From NCBI RefSeq assembly GCF_006345805.1, contig NC_043013.1:6138001-6202000 (forward strand): a stretch of DNA of 64,000 nucleotides, given 5' to 3'. The notes below the pieces were generated by a model that saw only the letters and a list, made by a program, of their open reading frames with translations, was not told the origin of the DNA and ran no database searches. The translations under genes and the position numbers were made by a program. Source of the DNA: Octopus sinensis. Its lineage: Eukaryota. Of this stretch, positions 13,203 through 26,377 are shown one piece after another; within the stretch, counting starts at the first letter, position 1; each line of letters begins with the position of its first letter.

Positions 13203-16200
13203 ATTTTACTTTCATTACACACACACACATAATGTGACACGCCTCCCTCAGTTTCCTTCTGCTAAAATCCACTCACAAGAGCTTCGATCAGCAGCCTGAA
13301 GCTATAGTAGACTATAGCTTCAGGCTCAAGGTGACACATAGTAGGACTTGAACCTGGAATCACGTAGTTGTGAAGCAAACTTCTTACCACACAGCCATAC
13401 CTGAACCTTCTCATACAGCCACACCCAGATACATGTACAGTATCATATGTATACGTTTGCATACAAACACATTTGTACACACCTCACACGAACATAGATA
13501 CCTTCTCATATATATACACTCACTCATGCATCCACACACACACCCATATTTGTACACATCCACATACATTCATATCTACACACATACCTTATACACACAC
13601 CCACACAGAATGTGTATGTGTGTGTGTGTGTGTGTGCGTGTGTGCGTGCGGGGCAGAGGGGAACTGATTCCACAGATTTGATTTGATTGGTGGAGGTGGA
13701 GAAGGAGGGAGGAGATGTGGGGGAAGAGAGAGGTAAGCATTGGTGGATGCGTGACAACATTAAGTAGGGAGAGGTAAGTGAATTTGATAGAGAGAGAGAG
13801 AGGGAGAGGGTACAAGGAGAGAGAGATAATGTAGAGAGAGGGGGAGAAGAGCGAGAAATAGAGAGAGAGAGAGGAGGAGGAGAGCAAGAAATAGAGGAGA
13901 GAGAGAAATAGTAAAAGATGAGTTGGGACAGAGAGAAAAGGACTTGAGAAGGGAGAAAAGAAGACATAGAGGAGGGAGAGGGGAGAGCAAGAAACAGATA
14001 GAGAGAGAGAGAGACAGAGAGAGAGAGAGACTGAGAGAGAGAGAAAGTGGGAGAAGATAGGAATAGAAGGGAGAGAGAACAAAACGAGAGAGAAAGAAAA
14101 GAGGCAGAAAAGGGGGAAGAAGGAGAGAGAAATAGTGAGAGAGGAAGAGTGGTAGGGAGAAAGAAACAGAGAGTAGGGTGTATTGACCTGGAGGCTATGT
14201 GAGCTATTAAGCAGAGATCAATTATAGTATATCTCTATTATTAGTAGTTTTGTTTAATTAAAAACTACCACCTCCAACCCTGACCCCCACCAAGAACCTG
14301 TAGCTTTATTAATGAGTAGCTCTTCAGATCACCCCTAACCCCCAACTATCTCCCCACCACTGAGCTACACTTCCTTTCTTCTTCTCCTTCTTCTTCTTCT
14401 TCTTCTTCTTCTTCTCCTTCTTCTTCTTCTCCTTCTTCTTCTTCTTCTCCTTCTTCTCCTTCTTCTTCTCCTTCTTCTTCTTCTCCTTCTCCTTCTTCTT
14501 CTTCTTTTTCTTCTTCTTTTTCTCTTCTTCTTCTCCTTCTTCTTCTTCTTCTTCTTCTTCTTCTTCTCTTCTTCTTCTTCTTCTTCAGCAACCCCCCCCC
14601 TCCACCGTCTATTTGCTTGTCAGAAACTTTCTAGTAAGATTGACATTGAATCTGGGAGAATTGATTAAGACGGTTCTTATGTACCTACCAGGAAATTGTT
14701 ATTGGAGGAGTGGACACCCGAACAAGTAAATAAATAAAGACCATAACAAGAGCCAATAAGTGAGCTTCTACATGGTCGTTTGACCTGGTAGAAATAACAA
14801 CAAAATCAAAATATACCTCCAAATCCACCTCGCTAGCAGCTTAAAAGACACAAATGAACCAGGTGGTGCATTGTGTTCATCAGCAAGATAGTTAATTTGA
14901 TATTGGTGCAGGTGTAGCTGTGTTGCAAGAAGCTTGCTTCCCAACCATATGGTTCCTGTTTCAGTCCCACTGCATGGCACCTCGGGCAACTTATTTCTTT
15001 ACTACCCACAAGGGGCTAAACACAGAGAAGACAAACAAGGACTGACAAACGGATTAATTCGATTACATCGACCCCAGTGCGTAACTGGTACTTAATTTAT
15101 CGACCCCGAAAGGATGAAAGGCAAAGTCGACCTCGGCGGAATTTGAACTCAGAATGTAACGGCAGACGAAATACAGCTACACATTTCGCCCGGCATGCTA
15201 ACGTTTCTGCCAGCTCGCCACACCTTGGGCAACTGTTTGTCTTCTGCTATAGCCTTGGGCTGACCACAGCCTTGTGAGTAGATTTGGTAGGTGGAAACTT
15301 AAGGAAGCCTGTCATATGTGTGTGTGTGTTTGTGTCTGTGATTGTCCCCCACCACCTCTTGACAACCAGTGTTGGTGTGTTTATGTCCCTATGACTTCAC
15401 AGTTTGGCAAAAGAAACTGATAGAATAAGTATCAGACATAACAAGGAAACTTAGTACTGGGATTAATCTATTTGACTAAAATCCTTCAAGACAGTGCCCC
15501 AGCATGGCCACAATCTAATGACCAAAACAAGTAAAAGATGAAGATAAAAGACAAAAGATTGCTCCAGTCCGTTCAGTTATAAACGAGTTCCAGCAACAGC
15601 TAGTGAGTTAACCCTGTGATGGACTGGCTTCCCATCCAGGTGGTGGTGGGCATATTGTAATCTTGATCACTTATATGTTAACAAACGCAAGCGTGGTTGT
15701 GTGGTAAGAAGCTTGCTTACCAACCACATGGCTACCGGGTTTAGTCCCACTGTGTGGCACCTTGGGCAAGTGCCTTCTACTATAGCCTCAGGCCGACCAA
15801 AGCCTTGTGAGTGGATTTGGCAGACTGAAACTGAAAGAAGACCATCATATATATGTATATGTTTGTGTGTGTATTTGTCCCCCCACCATCATTTGAAAAC
15901 CAATGTTGGTGTGTTCATGTCCCTGTAACTTAGTGGTTCGGCAAAAGAGTCTAATAAAATAAGTAGTAGGCTTACAAAGAATAAATTCTGGGGTCGATTT
16001 GTTTGGCTAAAGGCAGTACTGAACAAAGAAAAGACTAAAAGAATAGACCATCCGGTAGATTTATATTTTTCCAGAATGAGGAAAGGGTTAAAGATATGAT
16101 GGGCGTCCAGCTGTAAAACAATGCCTTAGCATGAGTATTCATGTAACCCATGCTAGTAGTTTGAAATAAAACAAACAAGGTTTTGGTTGGCCCAGGGCAA

Positions 16201-18055
16201 CAGCAGAAGACACTTGCCCAAAGTGCCACATAGTGGGACTGAACCTGAAACCACGTGACTGGAAAGTGAATTCCTTAACCACACAACCACACCTGCACCT
16301 ATATTAAAATGTATCCCTCATCATCATCATCATCATCACCACCACCACCACCATCATAATCATAATCATTTAGTGCCCATTTTCCATACTGGCATGGGTT
16401 GGACGGTTTGATGAGCTCATGAGGCTTGAAGCTGCACCTTGCTTCATGGTCTGTTCTGGCAAGGTTTCTCAGGCTGGATGCCCTTCCTAATGCCAAACAC
16501 TTTACAGAGGTGTACTGGGTGCTTTTTATGTGGCACCAGCACCAATGTTTAACTCTATTAAATAAAGATTTCTAAGCGGTCTCTAATGACCGGACAATGT
16601 TGAAATACAAAAGAGCGTTTATAAAAAGGCAAATATGTTGTAAAGTTTCAATCAATAATAAAGAAAACAAAATAAAAACCAATAATCAATCAACCAATCA
16701 ATCAATCAGTGAGATTTTCCATTACTTTAGTCACCTACAGCAATCTTTCTGAAACTGATTCAATTAAACTTTGACAAATTCTTTCTGACAAAAAAAAAAA
16801 AAAAAGCACAAAAATCTGATCGATCTCATATTTTATTGAATCTAGCAACTACGAATGGAAGCTTATTTACTGCATTTTGGCTTCATTAATTAACCATCAG
16901 GATATGACAAGCCGACTATAGGGCCATTTTGCTACAGGCCCCACAGAAATAATGGTAAAATATTTCTCCAATTGCACCCTGTTTATTTTCACCATCATCA
17001 CCACCACCACCATCATCATCATCATCACATTCACTTTTCCATGGGTATATGAATCGGACAGGCAGCGTAGGGCTGGAGAGGAAAAAAATAAATAAAAAGC
17101 ATTTGTGCTTTGATAACAGTTATATTATAAGAGTTTGTGAAGGTGCATGGTTCAGTGGTTAGAGCATCGGGCTCACAATCATGAGGTAATGAGTTCGATT
17201 CCCAGGCCAGGCTGTGTATTGTGTTCTTGAGCAAGACACTCTTTCATGTTACTCCAGTTCACACAGCTGTAGAAATGAGCTGTGACATCACTAATGCCAA
17301 GCTGTATTGGCCTTGGCCATTCCCTTGGACAGTATCAGTGGTGGGGAGAGGAGAGGCTGGTCTTCCATAAACAACCTTGCCCAGACTTGTGCCTCGGAGG
17401 GGAACTCTTTAGGTGCAATCCTCATGTGAAGACACGTAACTCAGTGGTTAGAGCATTGGGCTCACAATCATGAGGTAGTGAGCTCGATTCCTGAACTGGA
17501 CTGTATGTTGCATTCATCATCATCTAATGCCCGTTTTCCATGCTAGCACGGGTCGGATGGTTCGACCGGGGTCTGGGAAGCCAGGAGGCTGCACCAGGCT
17601 CCAGTCTGATCTGACAGTGTTTCTACAGCTGGATGCCCTTCCTAATGCCAACCACTCCAATGTGTCACTTCTTTCCAAGCTAGGTAATATTTACCCTATG
17701 ACTGGACATATTTCCATGGGAAACTGGGAACAAAGGATATCACTTGCATCATAAAGAGCACACTTAATTAGAAGCATTCCATGATAGACCAAGACAAGGT
17801 AATACATGCGCATCAATATGCACACCCACATCCATATGCATTCATACTCTTTTACTTGTTTCAGTCATTTGACTGTGGCCATGCTGAAACACTGCCTTTA
17901 GTCAAACTAATCAACCCCAGGACATATTCTTTGTAACCCTGGTGCTTATTCTATTGGTCTCTTTTATTGAACCGCTAAGTTACAGGGATGCAAACACACC
18001 AACATCAGCTGTCAAGCGATGGTGGGGGACGAACACAGACACACAAACACGTCTA

Positions 18056-18625
18056 TCTACATAAATGTGTAATGGTGCCTGTCTGTGTGTGTGTGTTTGG
18101 GGTTACTCTAACTCCTCCCACACCGTCCAACCGATTTTAATGATTTTTGGCACATAGGTAGATCACATGCTCTGAAGTTCAAAAAAGGCCTTATTTTTTT
18201 GAAAACTCAATAATGCTCAGTTGGCATTGATTTTTGTGAGCTCAATTGGGCGTTTGAATGGAAATTCCCAAAACGATGTTATTTTTCCTGCATCTTTTGC
18301 ATTTTTCCACGTGTAAAATTTCAACAAAATCGATAGAATAGGAAATGCTTATTTATATTTGTGTCTTCTGCACCACTGAACATGTCATCGTTGGCTGCCG
18401 AAACTCTGCTAAACCAACAAAACTCTGTTGCCTGCTCTGACCATTCCCCCACCCCCCGCCCTGCCTGCCACACATCTGCTTACCCTGCAACAGCTTGCTG
18501 AACCAGATTTAACATCGTATTGGGTAATAGTTGGCACGAGGAATGTAGAAGATTTCAATACAAGGTCAGAGGTGGGCTTAATTTCAACACAGGACAACAC
18601 AAGCAATGCTGGGACCGACAGCTAG
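18056..18625 (+). mobile_element. Non-autonomous Helitron-like element
   Basis: 5' TCTACATAAAT. 3' end agcaatgctgggaccgacagCTAG|T resembles the Helitron ends at 50286 and 51638. Confidence 0.6.
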
Positions 18626-18635
18626 TACATACATA

Positions 18636-19071
18636 CTGGGTGGTCCAAAAGAAGGTTTGCAGTTATCATGTAAGCACTTTAAATTTCTTTTAAAACATTT
18701 TGCTACGTTTAAATTTCTATTTTACAATCATATTGTTTGTGTACATCTTAAACAGACAATCTATAATTTCTCAGCTGCTCAAACTGTCCTCCTTCAACAG
18801 TGCAACATTCTTCAAACCCTTTCAGAACTCTGACACACAGTGTGACACAAATTCCAATTTCTGTCAATTTCAGTGAACGTGTCGAAAATGTAATCTTTTA
18901 ATTCATTTACTGTTTTGGGATTCTTGTCATAAACTTTGTTCCTTACAACACCCCCAAAAAAGAAATCCATTGATGTCAGGTCAGGTGAATGTGGTGGTAA
19001 TTCGATGCTGCCCTGTCTTCCAAAATAACACTGTGGAAAGGCTTGGTTAAGATAGTCTCTTACTGCCAACT
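18636..19071 (-). pseudogene. Tc1/mariner transposase C-terminal remnant with terminal repeat
   Basis: Minus-strand ORF VRDYLNQAFPQCYFGRQGSIELPPHSPDLTSMDFFFGG..NKVY matches the (W)PPRSPDL-P-DFF motif. The element end follows a TA at 18634-18635. Confidence 0.85.
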
Positions 19072-19275
19072 ACTAAAGTCACACGCAAGGCTCTGGTCAG
19101 CCTGAGGCTAAAGTAGAAGATACTTGCCCAAGGTGTCACGCAGTGGAACTAAACCATGTGGTTGGGAAGCAAGTATCTTACCTCACAACCACTCCTACAT
19201 ACATACATACACACACACACACATATATATACTTATATATATGTGTATGTGTATATATATACATACATGCATATA

Positions 19276-19329
<54 letters not shown>

Positions 19330-19988
19330 ATATATATATATATACAATGGGCTTTCAGTTTCTGCCTACCAAATCCACTCACAAGGCTTTGGTCGGCCCA
19401 AGGCTATAGTAGAAGACACTTGCCCAAGGTGCCACACAGTGGGACTGAACCCGGAACCATGTGGTTGGTAAGCAACCTACTTACCACATAGCCACTCCTG
19501 CACCTATTTTAATATTTCGTGGTCCATATTTGTACTGAAAATCGAAATCGAGCAAGCTTTTGCCCTTTTGCTCGACATGTGGTTTCTGTCCATGCTGAGC
19601 TCACCTTGGGACACCTGCATTACCATTTGATAGATGTACCGCCCCTGTTCTTGACTAAGGGTTGCGCATTGGCTGTGTTGGTGCCTGCAAAGGCGCTCAA
19701 AATGCATCATGTGCTTCACACCAGATAATTAACTGCCACTTGGCGACAGCCCGATCCCTTCTCCATCGAGTGTCTATTTATCTATTTTTTAAAAAGACAA
19801 TTATAACAATATACATACATGTATACCATATTATGCTTTACATATATAATATATAAAATATAAAAATACCTGTAATTATTAAAATATATAATGTAGAGTA
19901 TAGAAAGTAGGATAATATCTTACAGCTGTTTCAGCCAAGAGGCCATAGTACCCCATTCTACATTTATCCCTCCAGTGAACTGAAGTAT

Positions 19989-20193
19989 TTAGAATGTCTT
20001 TGATCATAGATGGGGATCACACTGTATAGTGTAGTCCTAGGTGAATTTTGCCTTGGAAAAAGATCAGGTAGCCATGGTTAGAATGTCTTTGATCATAGAT
20101 GGGGATCACACTGTATAGTGTACTCCTAGGTGAATTTTGCCTTGGAAAAAGATCAGGTAGTCATGGTTAGAATGTCTTTGATCATAGATGGGG
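19989..20193 (+). repeat. 89-bp tandem repeat, 2.3 copies
   Basis: ttagaatgtctttgatcatagatgggg starts at 19989, 20078 and 20167. Confidence 0.95.
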
Positions 20194-21589
20194 CTCACCA
20201 AAGAGAATGATTCTCTCAGACAGACAAACTTCATTCATAACAACTTGTGAATGGAGTTTGTCTGTCTGGGTGAATCAAAAGACCATATTGTTAGCTTAGT
20301 ATTGTTAACTTCAAAATAATGTCTCTGTTGGGGTTTTTTTTTTCAATGCAGCATTGGGTATTGTCTTGTTGATCTATTTGCAAAGGTCAACTGTCCAGGG
20401 TGGTGATATTTTGGTGGACATATCACTAACTTCCTATTGTTTTTCTAAAAGAAAAAAAAAAGAAAATACAAAGCAAAATCAAAAACCACAACAATCTTTT
20501 AGCTTTCCCAGATGTCTTTGAAGATGGTATATTAGCGTTGATATACTATTTGATGAATGCCTCTCTAGCACAAAACTTCAAGTAATGTGTTTGTGGTCAA
20601 CTTTGACAATACTCACAAGCAAACACATATGTATCTCTCACTTTCTCTGTCTGTCTCTGTCTCTCACTCTTTCTCAATACAATACCCTAACCATTAAGCC
20701 ATGTACCTCCCTATATGTATCATTCGATAAGTCTCTCTCTCTGTCTCTCCCTCTCTCTCAATATATATATATGTATATATAGCATGTAGTACATATGTGT
20801 GAGTGTGTGTGTGTATATGTTTAGTGTGTACATATGTGTATATATATATATATGGTTGAGTATATTTATTGATAACATTCTACACCAAGTGACTTCACTG
20901 TTTTCCGTATATGACATATTTTTCTCCCGTGCACTCCAAACCAATTCCTTTGATGTGGCTATAGAACAATTTTCCTAGCTGTTGTTGTTGTATTTGTCTG
21001 TCTTTTATTCTCATAGAACAAAGTTGCCGTTCTGATGCCGAAATTGGTAATGTCTGGAGACAACACTGACAGATTCGCTAAGATAGAATTAATCTAACCA
21101 TTTCTCTACAATTTGGCTTCCCATCAAAATATTTTAGTACACATGCTGCTCGTGTGAAAGTGGTGTACTCACGCAACCATGACAGTGTGTGGCATACTCA
21201 TACCCACAACTATAACAATCTGCAAATTAGTGTAGTCACATACATACACACACATGGCCATTGCAGTGTGTGGTGTATTCATATATGGAAACTGAACGAA
21301 GCCTGTTGTTTGTGTGTGTGTGGGTCTTTGTGTTTCTGTTTGTTCCCTGTTCACTGCATGACAACTGGTGGTGGTTTGTTTATGTTTTTTTGCAACTTAG
21401 TGGTCTGGCAAAACGTGATCAATAAAGTAAACACCAAGCTTGAAAAGAATAGAAAAAAAAAGCACTGGGATTAATTTTTATTGACTAAAGGTTCTTCAGC
21501 TTGGTGCTCCAGACTGGGCACAGTTTAATGAATGAAACAAATAAAAGCTAAAAGATATCTGTCACTGTATGTGAATCATGTTCACATAT

Positions 21590-21632
<43 letters not shown>

Positions 21633-21903
21633 CACACACACACACTCATGCATGCACAGACACACATGCACACACACACAGATGCATGCACACACACATG
21701 CACACATACACACACACTCAGACATGCACACACACAGATGCATGCACACACACACTCACACATGTACACACACACTCACACATGCATACAGACACAGATA
21801 TGTTTCTCGGAAGATTGGACATAAAGGGCACCGCTTGTATAATGATGATGCTCGTTTACTGTTACTAACACATAATGAGAAGCAAGCACACACACATACG
21901 CGT

Positions 21904-21938
<35 letters not shown>

Positions 21939-22644
21939 TCTTAGAACTCTTCCGGATGAGAATTTTTGTGTTTTAATATTCTGCCTAGGCATTCTGATTC
22001 TAATAAGCTGGCACAGAACTCAATACATGTGTGTTTCAGAGCAAAATGTTGGACGAGTACAGAATGGTAATAAGAAAGACAGATGACAAAGGAATAAGTG
22101 ATTATCATATGAACTTCATTAGAAGTTATGTGTATGTAACTCTGCAGGGTGGTTGGTGTTAGGAAGAGGGTACCCAACTGTAAAAACCATGCCAAAACAG
22201 ATACAACAGCCTGGTGTAGTCTTCTACCTAGCTGGCTCCTGTCAAACTGTCCGACCCATGCCAGCAGGGAAGGCAGACATTAAATGATGATAATAATGAT
22301 GATATATACATATATATATATATAGGCACAGGAGTGGCTGTTTGGTAAGTAGCTTGTTTACCAACCACATGGTTCCGGGTTCAGTCCCACTGCGTGACAC
22401 CTTGGGCAAGTGTCTTCTACTATAGCCTCGGGCCGACCAAAGCCTTGTGAGTGGATTTCGTAGATGGAAACTGAAAGAAGCCCGTCGTATATATGTATAT
22501 AAATATATGTGTGTGTATGTTTGTGTGTCTGTGTTTGTCCCCCTAGCATTTCAGTACCAGTTTCAGTCATTGAGACTTTTTCAACTGTAAGTATGGAAAA
22601 CAATTAAATTTGGAAAAATTAAAAGAACGCACACACACACACAT

Positions 22645-22810
22645 ATATAGTGAGAATTTACAAAAAAGCAAAAGACGAAGATGGGTGTGTAAACAACAAA
22701 CAGATATATTATTTTAATGCTTGGAAAGTGAGAAAGTCTTTTACATTTCGAGTCTATGCTCTTTGACAGAAAGGAACACAAAAATAAACAGGGAGAGAAA
22801 ATAGAAAGGT
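22645..22810 (-). mobile_element. Short interspersed element, second copy at 63655-63830
   Basis: Shared caaaaaa..aaaagacgaaga..ggtgt..acaac..acagat...tttcgag.ctatgctcttt.acagaaaggaacaca. Confidence 0.65.
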
Positions 22811-23466
22811 TCAGTGGCTAGTGATCTATCATGGCAATATAATATAGATAAAAGTGTAATCTAGATTCAGTTGAATTAGGTACTTAACTTGAGGCACCTT
22901 GTTAGGACAAACTTATTTGCACACTCAGATAATATTAGGTGAGTATCAAATTCTACATAGAATGTTTTTGGAATCATTGTAAATATTTGCTTTCTAGTGA
23001 TGACATGATGTTTAAATATCTAACTTGTCCTCTATGCTTGAGGTCTATGCGGTTATCTGATGAGAACGGTTATTTTTGTAATGATGTAATGCTTTCATTG
23101 ATCAATTGAAGGAGTTGTTTGAAACAGCCATAATGAATTGACACTTATACATCTTTGTTACTCATGTCCGACTCGTGGCCGATGCCAGCGCCGCCTCGAC
23201 TGGCCTCCGTGCCGGTGGCACGTAAAATACACCAATCCGACCGTGGCCGTTGCCAGCCTCGCCTGGCACCTGTGCAGGTGGCACGTAAAAAGCACCCACT
23301 ACACTCACGGAGTGGTTGGCGTTAGGAAGGGCATCCAGCTGTAGAAACATTGCCAGATAAGACTGGAGCCTGGTGCAGCCTTCTGGCTTCCCAGATCCCC
23401 GGTCGAACCGTCCAACCCATGCTAGCATGGAGAACGGACGTTAAACGATGATGATGATGATGATGA

Positions 23467-23516
<50 letters not shown>

Positions 23517-23530
23517 ACTGAGGGGATCTT

Positions 23531-23687
23531 GCAGGCAGATATATATATATAATTGTTAAAGAGGATAACAAATGTTAATGCAAGGCAAACATCTCAGGTC
23601 ATATACAGTATTATTATTAGAAACGACTTGAGATGTTTGCCTTGCATTAATGTTTTCTGTCCTGTTTAACAATTATATATCTGCTGC
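23531..23687. repeat. Small foldback with ~65-bp arms
   Basis: gcagatatata..attgttaaa..ttaatgcaaggcaaacatctcaggtc is inverted in gacttgagatgtttgccttgcattaa..tttaacaattatatatctgc. Confidence 0.75.
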
Positions 23688-23814
23688 ATTGGAAACCTGC
23701 AATGGCTCCATAACTACTGTCTCGGCTGTAACCTTGAAGTGCTGTAATCCTTTACAGCACTTACCTAGCATACCTAATCATTTAGATCAAACTGTGAACT
23801 AAAATCCCATACTT

Positions 23815-23896
<82 letters not shown>

Positions 23897-24175
23897 GGCA
23901 AATTTGTTGTTGAAAATGCACCTAAATTTGAAAAACATTTAAACTTGTCAACATCAAAATTTCTGAACATGTTTTTCTAATTCATAATTCTAAATTTGTC
24001 TGTTATGAAGATTTTAATTTGTCAACATTGAAACTTTTAAAGATGTTTTTCTAAATCATATTGTTGAAACTAATTTATTATATATGTAAATAATTTGTAA
24101 ATATATGTAAATAATTTCATTTTAAACAATTACAAGTTTTTCAAATTTAGGTGTATTTTCAACCACAAATTTGCC
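23897..24175. mobile_element. MITE with ~40-bp TIRs and TA flanks
   Basis: GGCAAATTTGTTGTTGAAAATGCACCTAAATTTGAAAAAC pairs with GTTTTTCAAATTTAGGTGTATTTTCAACCACAAATTTGCC. TA on both sides. Confidence 0.75.
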
Positions 24176-24589
24176 TATATTTTTTCTCTTGTGGAAATCA
24201 CACCCCCTCTTTTGTTTTATATATATATATATATATATATTGAGAGGATCTTGCAGGCAGAAACTGATAAAAGCCCATCATGTATATATATGTATGGGCT
24301 TTTTTTAGTTTCTGCTTGCAAGACCCTCTCAAAAGGGCTTTGGTTGGCTGGAAGCTAATAGCAGAAAGCACTTGTCCAAGGTGCCATGCAGTAGGACTGA
24401 ACCTGAAACCATGTGGTCAGTGAGGAAATTGTCTTACTACATAGCCATGCCTGTATTGATATAAATAAATCTATCAATTGATAGTTAAATGCTCATCAGT
24501 GTTTCAAGCTCTCTATAATGATTTCCTCTTACAGTTCAGTGCCTGTTTTACAGCTAAATGGACTGAGCTACCATTTGAAATTTCCACTA

Positions 24590-25235
24590 TCTTGGTCATA
24601 CTTTTTCTTTTTCTCTTATCAACCTGGATTCTCCTTTTCTTTCTCGCTCCATTGCCCTTCTCCTCTTTCTCTCTCTCACCTTCTCTCTCTCCACTATCTC
24701 CTCTCATTCTTTTTCTTCTCTTTTTCTCTAAGCCAATCTCTCCCCCTTCTCTCTCTCTTACACACTTTCTTGCTTTATTTCTCTCTCTTTCTCTTTTGTG
24801 CTCTATTTCTCTTTCCCTCATTCCCCCTCACTCTTTCTCCCTCTTTTTTGCTCTATTTCTCTTTCCTTCTTATTCATTCTCACTCTCTCTCTCTCTCTCT
24901 CTCTCTTGCTCTGTATCTCATTTCTCTCTCTCTCTCTTACTTATTCACTACTTGCCTTTTCCCCCTCTCTCTTTCTCTTCCTATATTCTTTTCCTCTTTC
25001 TCTCTTATCTACTCTATCTACTCTCTCTCTCTCTCTCTGTACCTCCTTGTGTCTTTTGTGCTCCACTTTTCTGTCCATTCTCTCTCACTCTCACTCTCTC
25101 TCTATCTCTCTGCCACTCTATTTCTCATTCCTACTTTCACTTTTATGTACACTCTACCTCTCCCTTTCTCCCTGTCTATCAACCCCCCCCCCGTATCTCT
25201 GTTTCCCTTCTCCTCCTCCAGTGTCCTCTCTCCAC
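24590..25235. repeat. Polypyrimidine (CT-rich) tract
   Basis: Direct inspection. Similar homopurine/homopyrimidine tracts occur at 4040-4540, 13690-14170, 14365-14590 ((CTT)n) and 34060-34680. Confidence 0.9.
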
Positions 25236-26009
25236 CTACTCCTTCATCAAAATCTCCACCTTGTGCCAAATCAAAAGAAATCACTATTAAACAGGAAGTA
25301 AGATTCATTAATCAACTCCTCCCCTTCCCCCTGTCATTGACTGAAGTAGTGTTGAGATGGCCAACTGGATAAGCTAGTACTCTACTCACTCTCAGTGTAT
25401 GAGTTCAAACCCCAGCCCTTTCCGCTATGTTTAGCAGTAACACTTCATTCAACATTACCTCACTTCACAAACTGTAAATGAAACTGGAATGAGACAATTT
25501 GAAAGCATTATCTGTGAAAGGTTAGCTTCTTATCGAGCAGGAAGCTTGTATTTCATACACTTTGACCTGTGAGAACTAACACTGACTCTTAAAAGCTCTT
25601 TGGGGTTTAGCAACTGCACGTGTGCCACACACACACACACAACAAATCAAAGGATGGTATATCTTCAAGGCGGAGAGCATGTCGGGCGAAATGCTTAGCG
25701 GTATTTCATCTGCCGTTATGTTGTGAGTTCAAATTCCGCCGAGGTCAACTTTACTGTTCATCCTTTCGGAGTCGATAAATTAAGTACCAGTTACGCACTA
25801 GAGTCTATGTAATCGACTTAATACCTATGTTTGTCCTTGTTTGTCCCTTCTAAGTTTAGCCCCTTGTGGGTAATAAAAAAATAGGTATATCTTCAAATTT
25901 TTCTTTTAATTTAACAATTAGTCATACAGCATAATTAGTTAAGTCATTATGTGTGTACGTGTGCACACATGTGTACACATCATATATGTGTAAGTGTGTG
26001 TGTGTGTGT

Positions 26010-26045
<36 letters not shown>

Positions 26046-26161
26046 CAAAATGGGACAAGAACGCAAAACATCCGGAAAACTAGGTGATACAAAAAGGGAC
26101 AACAAAACATCCAGAGAGACGATACAAAAAACCAAGGACGAGTCGTTTGAATGTATATATA

Positions 26162-26377
26162 CAAGGTGGGGCTGGAAAGTTCTTGGCTTTAAGGGTATTG
26201 TGAAAGGCTTGGTTGGAGGCTCAACCGTCTGAGTCCTTTTAATGAGCTTAGTAAAACTGAGGGGCTGCTGTGGTAAGTGTGTGAATCTGAAGGGGGAATA
26301 TGTTCAATGAAATCATAATTAACTGATGCCCTTGTATTTTCTTTTACCCAAAGCCAGGAACTTTCCAGCATCCCCTA
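26162..26377. mobile_element. Mariner-derived MITE
   Basis: Inverted termini aggtggggctggaaagttcttggctt and aagccaggaactttccagcatcccct, with TA flanks. Confidence 0.6.

Noticed and set aside
24478-25372. Long S/L/F-rich ORFs, also at 4041-4661 and 34063-34908
   Set aside because: They are translations of CT-rich tracts. The possible exon ending IKQE|GTAAGA at 25297 has no supporting homology.
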